NCBI GenBank assembly: GCA_024137785.1
Contig: JAHRHZ010000012.1
Coordinates: forward strand, 72,130,958 to 72,194,957
Source of the DNA: Ginglymostoma cirratum
Taxonomy: Eukaryota
Length of the DNA stretch: 64,000 bases
Direction of reading: 5' to 3'
Below, piece by piece: positions 38,620 to 51,700 of this stretch. The position numbers were made by a program, and so were the translations under genes. The first letter of the stretch is position 1, and every line of letters starts with the position of its first letter. Under the pieces are notes generated by a model. It saw only the letters and a list, made by a program, of their open reading frames with translations, did not search any database and was not told the DNA's origin.

Positions 38620-39870
38620 ATTTTCTAGCGTTCTTTGTGGATACAATAAGCAGAGTTGATAAAGGGGAACTGGAAGATGAAGTGTATTTGGATTTTCAGA
38701 AGGCATTTGAGTAAATGCTATATGAAAGATTATTGCATAAATTAGGAGCTCACGGTTTTGGGGATAAGGTATTAGCATGGATTCAGGATTGGTTAACAAA
38801 CAGAAGGCACAGTCAGGATTAATGGGGCTTTTTCAGGTTAGAACGTCATAGCCAGTGGAGTGCCACAAGAATCAGCCCCAGGGCCTCAAGTATTTGTTAT
38901 CAATATTAATGACTTGGAGGAGGGAGCAGAGTGTAATGTATCCAAATTTGCTGATGATACAAAAAAGGTGAGCGGGCATGTTGTGATGAGGATATAACGG
39001 ATTTGCAAGGGGATATAGATAAGTTGAGTGAGTGAGTGGGTAAAAACTTTCCAGATGGCATTTAATGTAGAAAAGTATCAGGTCATGTGATTTGATAGGA
39101 AGATTAAAAAAACAGACTATTGTTTAATTGGAGACAGACTCCAAAAAGTGCAGGTCAGAGGGTGTTCTTGTGCATGGAACAAAACAAAAGTTAACCTGCA
39201 GATGCAGCAAGTATATAAGCAGGCAGATGGAATTTTGGCATTTATTGCTAAGGAATTAGAATTTAAAGACAGAGAAGTCTTGTTGCAATGGTATAGCGTA
39301 TGAATGAGGTCACACCTGGAATACTGTGTACAGTTTTGGACGTTGTATTTTAAAAAAAGATGGTATACTGGCTTTGAGGCTTTTCTAAAGCAATTTACTA
39401 GGCTGATTAATGGGTGAAGGAGTTGACTTATCAAGAATAGCTAAACAAGTGTAGACTTTATTCATTAGAGTTTAGAAAAATAAGGAATAGTCTTATTGAA
39501 ACATATACTATTCTGAAGGAGCTTGGCAGGGTAGGTGTTGAGAAGATGTTTCTACTAGTGGGGCAATATCAAACTAGGAGACATGGTTACAGCATAATGG
39601 TGCACTCAGATGAGATGTGATGATATTTCTTCTCCTACAGGTTGTTGAATGGCTGGATTTTTCTACGCCAAAGAGCTGTAGAGGCTAGATCACTAAAAGT
39701 ATTTAAACAGCAGGTAGAGCACTTTTTGAAATATCAGGGAGTTGATGGCTATGTTGAGTTGGCAAGAAATAGAAGCTGAGGCCTGTGACAGGTCAGTCAT
39801 GATGTTGTTGAATGGAGGGACAGGCATGATGGACAGAGTGGCCTACTGCTACTCTTATTTCTTATGTTCT
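38620..39870 (+). mobile_element. CR1 LINE 3' half (RT to tail), decayed
   Basis: gtgtatttggattttcagaaggcattt (VYLDFQKAF), agtggagtgccacaa (SGVPQ), tccaaatttgctgatgatacaaaa (SKFADDTK), and the tail gcctactgctactcttatttcttatgttctta. Confidence 0.92.
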
Positions 39871-40034
39871 TATCCCTGCACCTGAGCTTAATCATAGAGT
39901 CATACAGAACAGAAACAAACCCTTCAGTCCAACTTGTTGATGTTGACCAAGTTTCCCAAACTAAAAAAGTCCCACTTATGTGTGTTTGGCCCATATCCCT
40001 CTCAAACTTCATGGTGATCCATTATTCTCACCTT

Positions 40035-40470
40035 GTTAAAAGGAAATCCTGTATTTCTATAGCACCTTTTAGACCCTCAGGACATTCCTACACTCTTTAC
40101 AGTCAATTAAGCGCTTTTGAAGTATCGTGACTGCTGAAATGTAGGAATTGAGGTAGCCAATTTGCATTCAGTAAACTGCCACAGACAATAATCTGACAGG
40201 TAATCTTACTTTTAGTGGTGTCCGTTGTAGTATACAAATATAGGCCAGGATAAGTCACTGTTCTTCTTTGAAATAGTTGCCTGGAATCTTTTATATCCAT
40301 TTGCAAGAATAGATGGGGGCCTTCATTTAATATCTCACCTGTAAAGCTGCAACCCCTCTGCCCTGCCCTAAGGTGTTCATATAGATTTTGTGGTGAACAG
40401 TGGAATGGTACCTGAACCCAGAACAATCTGACTCAGGTGAGATGCTGTTAACTGAGCCAAAGCTGACAAG
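40035..40470 (-). mobile_element. SacSINE1/Deu-SINE-like SINE, near full length
   Basis: Reverse tRNA-like head (cctgaacccagaacaatctgactcaggtgagatgctgttaactgagcca), central cttctttgaaatagt...atcttttatatcc segment and tail tgtatttctatagcacctt. Confidence 0.65.
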
Positions 40471-41689
40471 AAGCCATGGCGGCAATGCAAATGTATATTA
40501 CCTTTGAATGTATTCTTCCCTAAGCATTTATCACATTTTATGCTGCCCGTCAAAATTTATGAGTAAGTGCCAGTTCCTGAAATCTTGAGAATTAAAAAAA
40601 CAGGGACAAAGACATCAGAATGATTAACATGAATGTGTAATTTTGTTCCATCCTTATCTGTCACCTTTGGATTTTTTTGTTGTTTTAATCTTGAATTATA
40701 ATGATATAATAAGTGGGAGTATGAGATGAGCAATCTATTGTGGCCAACCTTGTGAGAGAGCTGAATTGTCACAAGTCGAGACACAATCATTAACCTAAAG
40801 GTACTTCAACATGTAGTGCCTGTGCTAATTCAGCTTGGGAGGTTTTCCAGCCGAGCAGACCCGATGATACATGCAGCATTCATCATTTCCACAAAAATTT
40901 TCACCAAATAGACCAAATGGACATAGCAGAATGTAAAATTGAAGTTCAGTCAATGAGAATTCTTAGCAAATGCTTGCCACATAAAAGCTGATGCACAAAG
41001 GGGAATTTAAATCTCAGACTAGGAAACTTGAGTAGAAAGCAGTCAGGCCCTATTTTCATTACACAGACCAAGTACCTGCCTGAATTGTTCATGGACAGGC
41101 AGCTACCAAACTCCCGATAGTTGAACATTAGGCAGCCCGGAGGCGACCCACTAGAGTTTAGCGATGGGCAGGGTTTCAGATCGGTCTTTTGGAAAGGAAG
41201 GAACAACAGACATTCAGACTTTACTTGAGGGCCCGGGTGTGAACTCCTGCTCCTCCTGACATGACGAAGAAAAGTTCAAGGCTGACCTTAGATCACTTCC
41301 TCTTCTTTCACAGAGATTCCCTTGGGCAGGCCAGGCATAGCTATCATATAAATGGTGAAAATACAATCAGGGACCTATGTACATCGTACATATTAATTAT
41401 GACTAGTCATTAAAATGGATCTGCATTCTTCTGCAGCATCTAACTGGGCTATTTGAACATGTGTAGACAGAAAAACACATGTTTCTAGAGCTGCTGGGTG
41501 TTTCCAGCATTTTCTGTTCTGATACCAGATTTCCAGCAATGGTAGCATTTTGCTTTTGAAAGCACATACTGCTGGCTCCCATCTTAGGAGTCAAAATTTC
41601 TCCTCTGATTTGCATTTTATTTATATTTTAAATACCTTGAAATCCATTTATTTTATTAAACTATTAAAATGTTGTTATCAGATCATGTG

Positions 41690-41880
41690 TTAAAATCTCA
41701 GCAGGTCTGGCAGCGTCTGTGGAGAGAAAGCAGGATTAACATTTCAAGTCCTTCTTCAGAACTGGACCCGAAACATTATCTCTTCTTTCTCTCCACAGAT
41801 GCTACCAGGTCTGCAGAGTTTTCCCAGCAATTTCTGTTTTTGTTTCTGAATTCCAGCAACTGCGGTTCTTTAGTTTTTTA
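41690..41880. mobile_element. Palindromic Penelope-derived element
   Basis: Arms tcagcaggtctggcagcgtctgtggagagaaag and ctttctctccacagatgctaccaggtctgc. Centre cttcttcagaactggacccgaaac. Confidence 0.78.
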
Positions 41881-42594
41881 ATTAAAACTGTGGCTGTAAT
41901 GGCAGTGAACGGTGTTAACTGTGACTGGTGGTAGTTAAATAATTTGACCACCTGCAGGTCAGTGGGAGTTTCAGCGGAGGAAATGCTATCCATAGGTACA
42001 GAAACTAACACTTGAATTAGCTAATAGCCATGATAATTCTACTGTAAATAGCAAATCAAATAGCAAACATCCAAACTCCAGTAATGGTAAAGTAGTAGCA
42101 ACCATTACTTGAAATTACAGTGGTTTAACAACCTTAGCTTTTTGCTAATCAGTACCTTTGCACAAGATCAACTGCAAGTGGTTGCTCAGTGTTTGAATAT
42201 GTGTTTTATCATACCAAGTTGAGGTTAGGTGTACAGTCTTAGCAAGTCAGTTTGACTCATTTGCAAATACTAATGGTTCAGTGTCAGAAGATTACAGGTT
42301 TGAATCCATGCCAGGATCTGGGTTTATTCAAAGTCAAACAATGGGAAACATTAAAACTAGTATAAGCTTAAGTGAATGACCAAGGAGCATAACCATTTAT
42401 CCACATCTTTTTACGAAGTTTATAATCCAGACTGAGATTCTAGGAAAGCACTGTATTGTCAGTGGAGTTGTTGTACTAATATTCAGGGAGATCCTAATGC
42501 TTGTGCAGTCCCATGTTGTTTCAGGCCATATAAACATTGCAAGACAAAAATTCATTTTGATTAATAAGAATTTTAGGGAAACTTTTAAACCCAT

Positions 42595-44280
42595 TCTCAG
42601 CTGGTGGAAATACTGCAAATGATAGGGTAGGGTTAGTATACGTCCCTGAGGTTTCCCTTCCTCCACACTATAACTAAATCAGATACAGGATGATGCAGTG
42701 AGCCTCCACAGTTCTAGGTTTGTCCTCCCCCTCTCCCTTCAATCAATTGTGGATTTATCCAGTATTCCCTTTATTTACCTTGCTAGAGGTGCTTTCTGTA
42801 AATTCCATTTGGTGACCTGACCAGACCTCCGTTTCTCCTCACTGACAGAGACTCATTCTTGTCAATTAGAAGACAGTTATTGGTTGGCCATTCTAATTAA
42901 TTCAAATATTCAGGTGAATGTTAAAGATACCAGGCATTATCCAAAGAAAAGTTTTGAAGCCTATTGGAATTCTGTTCAACATTTTCCTTGAAGCAATACT
43001 AGAATGGATTAAGAAGCTATTAGTTTAATTTCTCTTTTGAGGGATGTTCAGACACCGAATGACTGTACATATGTCCACATATGTAAATCCATGTCAAACA
43101 TATAAATATGCATTGCATCAGAATTGTCTAATGGTTGTTCAAAGTTAAAAGGCAAAGATACAAGTAATAGCCATATTTGTATCCATGCTTGTGCAACATA
43201 TAACCAGGGTAATAGATTCAAGTGATTAAATCTCCTGCGCTTGATGGCGAGAGTGAAGTCTATTTAATCAAAGTACTATAAATAGCAGTTTATTCACCAG
43301 ATGGAGCATTAAGTAGAAAGTATTTTGCACTTTAGAAGATATTATTGTATGTTTATTACTTGTTAGTTTAAATCATATTGGCTGAATCCATGTTACCTAC
43401 TTGACTTTACCTACTTTTAAACACACTTTCACCTTGTGGAAACAATGTAAATGATGTGGTGGGGTTGCTATGTTTTCCTGACACGTTCCTTTCCTCACTG
43501 ATGGAAGGACAGGTAGACATTAATTGATTCTCTTATTTCTTCCATCATAAGAAGTTATGCTGCATTTTTAATATGGGATTTACTGATTGCTGTTATATTA
43601 GTCCATTTTTTTCCTGAACAATTTAACTGTGTGGGACTTCTCAATTTAAACTAAATATAACTTTAGTAATATGGAAGATGCGTATATTTGTCAATACATT
43701 TTTTAACCTTTAATGGAGTCCTGAAATGTTTTGAATATTAAAAAAAACAATTTTACAAAAAAATGAAAGTGCTACAGAAGTATTCAGTATTTGTGATTTT
43801 ATGATTTTGTGAGATTTTATGAGATTACTCTAGTCAGAGTGCAAGAAAATGGATAGTTCTGATCTATTCCAAATGCTTGTACTGTCCCATGGTGTTTCAG
43901 GCCATACAAATATTGCAAAAGAAAAATTCATTTGCATGAATTAAAAACAAAAGGGGAATTTTTGAACACACACTCAACTTGTGGAAACAAAGTAAGTGGT
44001 AGTACGGGGTTGCTATGTTTTCCTGATGTGTTCCTTTCCTCACCATTTTAACTGGATCAAAATCACCCTCAGAATGATGCAGACAGCCTCTCCAGTTCTT
44101 GATTCTCCCTCCCCCTTTCCCTTCAATCAATCATGGATTTATCCAATGTTTCCCTTGATGCCTTATTTACCTTGCCAGAGATGCTTTCTGTAAATTCCAG
44201 CTAGTGACCTGACATGATTCCTCCATTTCTATTTGACATTCTTATCAATTGGAAGGCAGTCATTGGTTGGCTATGTTAAT
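42595..44280 (+). repeat. Locally repeated element of about 300 bp: 42595-42900, 43420-43498 (partial), 43965-44280
   Basis: Shared gtggaaa...ggggttgctatgttttcctga...cctttcctcac and gatgcag..agcct...cccttcaatcaat..tggatttatcca...ttatttaccttgc.agag.tgctttctgtaaattcca...gtgacctgac. Confidence 0.8.
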
Positions 44281-44859
44281 GAAATCACATCTCCTGGACC
44301 TCACACTCTGGTGTCCAAACTATTTGGCCCTTGCATTCCCTGTTGCTGGTCCAGGTTTAAAACTAGGGGTTTTGTGTCCAATAATCATCCACACTGAAAA
44401 AGTGTAACCCTTGTACAGGATTGACTCAAATGTCATACTTACAAATTATCAATGGATCACAATTAAACAGGTAGTAGATATCAGTAAACAGGTACACCTT
44501 TTAAGTAAAGAAAAATAGGAGTAGCTAATCTTAATTTAACCTGAAGATGTGTATAAAAGTAAAGTTTCGAACTGAGCCAAGATGCTGTGGCGTAGATATT
44601 CTGATGGCCAGATAATTGTTGCAGAAGTATAGGCTGAACCTTTGCACCATGTGGAAATCCCAACACAGCTGATCCCAATGGAATTGCCTGGAAATGGAAA
44701 ATTCTAATGGTGCAGTTTCCCTGAGTCTGGAACCCTCTGAAACAAAAACACCTAAAACTAGAGAATTTGGAGGGTGTTGAAATGTTAGAGGAGTAAAAAC
44801 CTGCTCCATCTCCTGGGGGCTGGTAAACTGAACACTTGACTCACTACTGCGACCCACGA

Positions 44860-45420
44860 CACTATCCCCCTCTCCAAACACATCCTGGACCTGGGACAGC
44901 CAATACCCAACTCTCTGACAAAACATCACTGGCTGAGTGAGAACTGAGTATGCCCCTGCACCCCGTTCTTATCCCATCAGGCCCAACATCTCCCTCCATC
45001 CTGGCTGCCACCTGACCCAAGATCTTTCTTCCCGTATTGAACCTGACCACAACTCTCACTTCCCCAACCACACTCAATCTCTCCCAGAACCTGACCTGAC
45101 TTGACACCCTCCTGACGGGACCCAACCTGAAAACTCCAGATTCAACAATGAGCCCACCCCCTATCCAGACCTGTGCACCCCCAATCTTGAGCCTACCTGA
45201 CCCAACAGCAACCCCCAACCCAACACCACACTCTCCACCCTGACATGACAGCTCTCCCCACATTTGACACTACCTGAAACAGCTTAACACAACTGCCTGC
45301 CCCAAACTCTTGACCTTTTGTAAAAGCTCATCCACTTACCTAGCATCATGTCACAGTACCCACCTCACTCATTTGACACCCTACCCTGTCCACACATCTT
45401 CTACTTTACCCTCTCAAATA
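44860..45420. repeat. C/A-rich strand-asymmetric low-complexity tract
   Basis: Repeated acctgaccc/acccc words; composition is the complement of 690-1330. Confidence 0.5.
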
Positions 45421-47089
45421 CCTCACAGTAGCTGTCAAGATGTCTGCTAGAATAGTGCAGTACATTAATAGGTAGTGTGATTTCTGTGATGCTCATCTTT
45501 GCCACTGGATTCCAGATACTCGGACAGCTTTGTAACAGAAGGCCTCTGTCCAGGAATTTCCAGGGTAGAAGTCATATAAAGGTGAGTATTTCTTAAAAAG
45601 AACAAGCAGGGTCAGAAATATGGTTTGGACAAGACTACATCTTAGTTTCCAAATTATATACGAGATTAGGTAGTATCTGTACCTGTCTTTTAAAATATGT
45701 GATCCAGCTCGCACTGCAATTAACATCCTGAGGGATATGTTGATAATACAATGCTATGATAGTTATGTTTCAACTAATTATTGACTATATATGCGTTTGC
45801 TCGGTCCAAACCATAGATATCCATTCCTAACTGCACTGTGGATGTACCTACACCACACTATACAGCAGTTCAAGAAGTTGGCTCATTACCACCTTCTCAA
45901 GGGTAAACAAGGTAATAAATGTTGGCCTGGTCAGCAATGTTCATATAGCATGAACGAATGCAAGGAAAATAAGTGAATTAACTATAATGCAAAGACCAGA
46001 GTTCAACTTAATCATTTTTCTTTCATATTTGTATTTCATAAAATATTTGAGATTAGCAAATAGAACCAAATGGACTAAATTATGAATCATATGTTGCCAG
46101 CCTCTAGATTTGGAAAACGTTATTTATCTTTTTCTTTAAATTAAGAAAATTTGTGAAGACAGAGTCAATGCCATCAACATAGGATTCAATCTACCAGAAA
46201 AGTCAAGCCATATCAAGAAGTGGGGGTGAGATGACATCTAAGTTGAGTTTCAAATACCTACAGATAGGAGGAAGGTGGAGCGAGATAGTGAGTCCCATTG
46301 TTTGAAGTCTTGCAAAAGAGTTTAGAGTTGAAAAATGAAAATATCAAGACCAGAGAAAACATGTAGGAAAGTACATTACAATTTGAAATGTACATGAAAG
46401 AAAAAAAGAATCAATTATCATGTTTAATAATTAGATTAATCATTGGGATTCATGATGCAGTCTTAACTTTGAGAACTGTGCAAAGAGTCATACATTGTAA
46501 ATCAAAAGTCCAGACTTCACAAACACTTACTTGTGAGAAGATTTTGGGAATTCAGTGTTGCAGATGAGAATCTGCATATCAGGAATTCAGTTCTAGAAGC
46601 CAGGATGCCCTGCAGAAATTTACATGTATTCATACCAATGAATAGGATGAGCTATATGAGGGAGATGATTTCCACAGTAGTACTCTCATCATCTACTACC
46701 GGGAGTGCAAAATCCTAAAATACTGTATATTCTTTCATATCAGAAATATTCTGTAATTAGGTGTTTTTGGATTTTGCAGAGTACTATTAAAAGCCTCTTC
46801 CAGAAAATGACTTGTGGTCTATGAATAACATTGTCTGAAACACATTCAGTTGTTTTGTCTGCAAACCTGCACACAAATCAGCAAAGAGTTTATATTTTGC
46901 TGTCATTGAATGATAGCTAGTTGGGTATTACAAATCAAGGAGCTGGAGTATAAATCTCATTTTTCTAGAGTTAAGTCAGTTAACAAAGACTGAATGATTT
47001 TACTTTAAAACTATTTCATGTCTATATTTATAATTTTCCGTGAAGAAATTTAGTAACTCAAAATTAATCCAAATGAAAATAATCATAAA

Positions 47090-47195
47090 AGCTGAACAAA
47101 ATCAAAGTTGCTGGAAAAGCTCAGCAGGTCTAGCAGCATCTGTGATGAGAAAATCAGAGTTAACGTTACGGGTCCAGTGACCCTTCCTCAGAACA
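47090..47195 (-). mobile_element. Half copy of the Penelope-derived palindrome
   Basis: aaagttgctggaaaagctcagcaggtctagcagcatctgtg...gttaacgttacgggtccagtgacccttcctcag. The minus strand reads CTGAGGA-agggtcactggaccc-GTAAC. Confidence 0.8.
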
Positions 47196-48754
47196 TAAGA
47201 GCTGAAGTTTCCTGTAAAAGTTTGGTAATTTAAATATACATCTTTTATTGTCGGTATTCATGTACAATGTGCTGATTTATGTTTGTCCAATAACATGTAG
47301 AAATCCAGAAAGCTATGTGGAGTTCACTGTGCTTTGCTCTGAGCATCTTGCAGTTAAAAATATTGCAAGTTCAGATACCGCTGTGTTCTCCCAGACAGTG
47401 CACATCTGTTCTGCCATTCAGCAAGTCTTCCCAGTCATGTAGCAGTGTAGAGATCTTAATGCTTAGCAGGGGAAGTTAGTGTGTGGCATTGGCAACTGGC
47501 AGTAGAATGACTGGCCTGAGAATATTGCTTCAAATCTAGGGTGTCTCAGAGAAACAACTTGAATGGTCTCGGCTAAAATAGCCAAAAGTCATGGCCAGGA
47601 TTCTCCTCCTACAATTATACCTTGAAACTGACAAAAACAAAGGCTTCTGCTGTCTCATGTTCAGTCTGACAAATGAGTGGTGACTGAGTGCACTTCTGGA
47701 CTTGTACTCAGTAACCCTTATTTCAACCCCAGTTGCCACTGTTACCCCTATCAAGTAGCAGTAAGCTGTGGAAAGTGAGGGTATGGGTGTCTTCATGGCA
47801 ACTGATCTTCGGGTTAGCCTCATGTCAGTGATAACACTCTCTCTTTCATGTTGGAAGATTGTCAGCTCATTTCCCATTCCAAAGACTTGAACTCAAAATC
47901 TAAGGTGAACCTCCATTGTAGTAAACCGGCGGCATTGTAGTGCTGGAGATTCCATCATTCAGAAAAGCTCTAAACCAAGGTGCAATCTTCCCTTGGCAGT
48001 TTAGAATGTCCTGACTTTGTGAAAGGTGTTGGATAAATGCAGCCTTTTTTGCTGTTATCCCTTGCAATGCTCAGCCACCTCGAGGCTGCTGCAGCAGTGC
48101 TGGTATTTTGTGGCTGGAGTTTAGTAAACTCCCTGTTGATGGTATGAGTCTCTAGCAGGACAATGAATAAATGCAGTATGATACATGACATCAGTCTAAT
48201 ATGATCAAGGTTCCAGGTTTATCCTCTGATCTGCTAGGTTAATTGATCTCTGCCAAAGCAGTATTGGCGCAGGACAATTGTCATCAGAGCTCTCATCCAG
48301 TCTCATTCAATGACTCCTGCTGGAAACAGTATATGTTTCAAAGTTTATTAAGGACAAGTTCATGCTTAACCATGTTGTCTGCCATAGTTTAATAAGGTGA
48401 AAGAGCCTGGAGCATAAATGTCTTCATTGACCTATTGCCCACATGGGCTTTCCCTGAGTTTCTGGATGATCATAGGTGCCACAAAACTAACTCAGCATGA
48501 GAGGATGGAAGGACATTTGGGAAGAAATATCAAGAATCAGTTGGGAATGCTTAATACATTTCTAATAGTTCAACAGTTATCAGATGTTGTTCTGTTAATC
48601 AAATATTATGGATAAACTAAAGACTCATTAAAATGATTGGTGACTTATTCGGCATTTATTCAAAAAGATTCAATTTTTTGAACATTATCATGTTTGGTTG
48701 CACGGATACCAAATGATTTAGAGAATGGCCATTCAGCAAAGGATCATAGAGAAT

Positions 48755-48790
48755 CTGGCTTGCTATGGAAACAATGTGCTAATTAAAGCA
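48755..48790. promoter_or_regulatory. Candidate intronic enhancer core: RFX X-box-like, SOX and homeobox motifs
   Basis: cttgctatggaaac (48759-48772) overlaps aacaatg (48770-48776), followed by ctaattaa (48779-48786), in a stretch where I recognise no repeats. Motif evidence only. Confidence 0.35.
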
Positions 48791-51700
48791 TGTTAGTTGT
48801 TATAATTCACATGGCTGATAATCTTAAATTCACTTCTGCAGCATTGAGCACTTGTCTAAGTCCACTCCAGCCACATCATGGAAAGTCTGAACCCAATGTT
48901 ATAGAATTTAACATTTAACATTTAACTAATTTAAAGTAAACCATACCTGGAATCTGTATCTTTATTTCTGTCTATTCACAGAAAGAAATGCACGTATCTT
49001 TGGAGGGAGGGAGTGGGATGAATGGAAAAATAAACCTTTTCGCTATCCAGTGAATATCAGACAAATTTTGCAGCCTATCTTCATTTTTCTTTTGTTAAAT
49101 CTTATAGGAAGACAACGGCATATTGTGGAATGGTGAAACAAGTGGAGAAGGCTGTCATGCAGATTTGATTTTAAGGAAATGTACCAAAAGGGATACTGCC
49201 TCTTTAATTGCATGACTAAAGTGAGCTCTAAGTGCTAAAATGAATTACACATTTGACTTCATTATTGTTGCTCCACTGCACTTCCTTTTGATGGGTCAAC
49301 TCAGTGCTACATGGCGAGGGTTATAATTAAAGTAATGGCCCATAAGACTCGTTGAATATGTTTTTCTCTCGTGTTTGATTCAGAGCAGAGTCCTGGTTGT
49401 AAAATAACTTTCTAAACTTCATGTTGTTAGGTTTTAATTATTTTGTTTTCGTTTTGTTATTTTGCTTGAAATGCCACCAATAAAACAATGGTACCTTTTT
49501 GTTTTGGTTGTATCTTATTATTTATTCCATTTTGTTTATGGCTGCTATTGATTCCACCTCCTGGAATATGATTATGATCTTATCATTTGACATTCTTGTG
49601 TTCTTTTTGTTGTTGTATGTATATTATTATGTATAAGGTTTGAATTGCTTGGTATAAAGACACTTTGTAATCTTCAAACATAAAAAAGCAATAATAGATA
49701 AGTAATACTAAAAATGGACATAATTACACTTCACATTTCATCATCAACAGTTATTACATAACTGGGAATAAATTCAGATTCAGAAACACAAATTAAGATA
49801 TTAACACTTTTTTATAGATTTAAAGAAGATAAGATATTGTTGCCTTACCTAAATAAAAACTCAGAAACATCTGCTTCCGAATTAATTCATCCTTTTGAAT
49901 CGGATACAGTAATCACCAAACAAAGAATTTTGTTGTAGGCTAGATGCTGCTATGGTTTAGTAATGAAACTGTCAAATGTTCTGTGCTCTTGACAAAAAAA
50001 AACCCCGGCATTGACGATGTGATTTTAATTCAAAGTGAGCATAACCTTCTGTAGAAGATAAAATTCAAAGCCACATCTCGTTCATTAGCTGAGATAGGAA
50101 TCCACTGTCTATGACATAGCCTGCGTTTCTTTTTTAAAAATAGGTGAGTCTGAACCACAGTTTCTGGCCTTGTCCTCACCCAATCAATCAGTAGCTGAAC
50201 AAGTGCAGCCAATTTGGAGAGGAAATGGCAAATTGAACCCTCTACTGGAAACAAAGAATATAATAGCTCTTGTACTTCCACATGAAAATCTTACTTTTAA
50301 TGATACATCTCGCTAAATGCCATCTCACTTTGTGCCTATTTATCCTGTGCCAATATTGCATAGCTTCAAAGCTAACTTGCCAATTTCTTTCTTGGTAAAG
50401 TACAAAAGACATTGTCCCGTGATTATTATTTATAAACTATAAACTATCCTGGTTCAGTTTGCTCTAGCTTGTTCTATAAATTACATTCATGCATAGTGTA
50501 ACATATAATTTTGTGCATAGAATTAAAGTGCCAGTCGGCTGAAAATAAAATATTTTTACACATACAAACCTTTTTTAGGTTTCTGATGAAATGACAGATA
50601 GTTCAAGGGAGATTTACTAAAATAAATGCTGATGTTTCATGGTGACATAGGAATAGATTTTAATGGTGATTATTTTTAAATAGTATTTATTTGTCATAGT
50701 GGTGGGTCCACCATTGGCTGAAGGGCTGGTGGAACCCTGTGGAGAAACCCCAGTCAGACAGTTTGCTAGCTGCCATTGAGGTTCCAGACTCATCCAGGGC
50801 AATTCTCTGCAGGATTTTTCACTGCAGGGTGAATGTTCTATTTCTGACAGCTGATGACCAATCAGAAGGTGGCAGCCCCTCAGAACCAGTGCCAGTGGTA
50901 GCAGTCACCGCTGCCATCACTGCGTAGGCCCAAACCTGGTTGCTGAAGATAAGTAGGACAGAATCACTGGGATCAGTCAGGAAGCCATGACAGACTAATG
51001 GTTAATGGATAGGGATTGTCCCTCTACCGCCATCAGTGTGATCCTCTGTTAGACTGAGGATGGCCAAGAAGGAGGGCCAGCCCCGTACTCCCACCATCCT
51101 GGAAGCACATCAGGGTTTACCTGGCATTTTATCCACATGACATAGCCCTGCACACAACTGGCAAATGAACAACAATGATTAAGTGTCCCTTAAGCAACCA
51201 CTGATGTGTCTCAACTGGCTTCTAGATTGGAAGCCCTTTCTTGACTTTCCCATTGTTTGGCAGGTAGGAAGACAATAGGATCTCCACGTCCTGTCTTCTC
51301 ACCTTTTTAATCAACTTGTCATCCCATCTCACCTTCCAACCCACTTCTGGTTGAGGTATTAAATCTGCCCTTTGACTTTAAAAGTGCCACAGAGAACAAT
51401 GATGGTATTTTTACCGTGGTAAAGTAAAAATTGTGCTTCATGTAACAACAACAGTAATAATTAACAAGAAAGTCTAGAAATCTAACTTGGCATATTTATA
51501 TAAAATTATTTTTCTCCTTATATTTTAACATCTTCTCATCTATGTAGAAATTACTTGCATCTAAGTATCCCTCCTTCTGTTTGAGAATTCCAGGATAAAG
51601 CATCTGCCCTACATCTGTGGTTTCATGTGAGGGAACAGATTTTTGAAAAGAAAGAACTTGATTCAGTGTTGTTCTCCTTGGGCTTTTCATTTTGCTGTTA

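Noticed and set aside
44531-45263. Two minus-strand ORFs of about 130 aa
   Set aside because: G/V/R-biased translations of or next to a low-complexity tract, with no domain similarity I can recognise.
50560-50590. Acceptor-like ccttttttag|GTTTCTGA giving a GF-stop terminal exon
   Set aside because: It encodes only two codons and has no independent support; such sites are expected by chance in T-rich introns.
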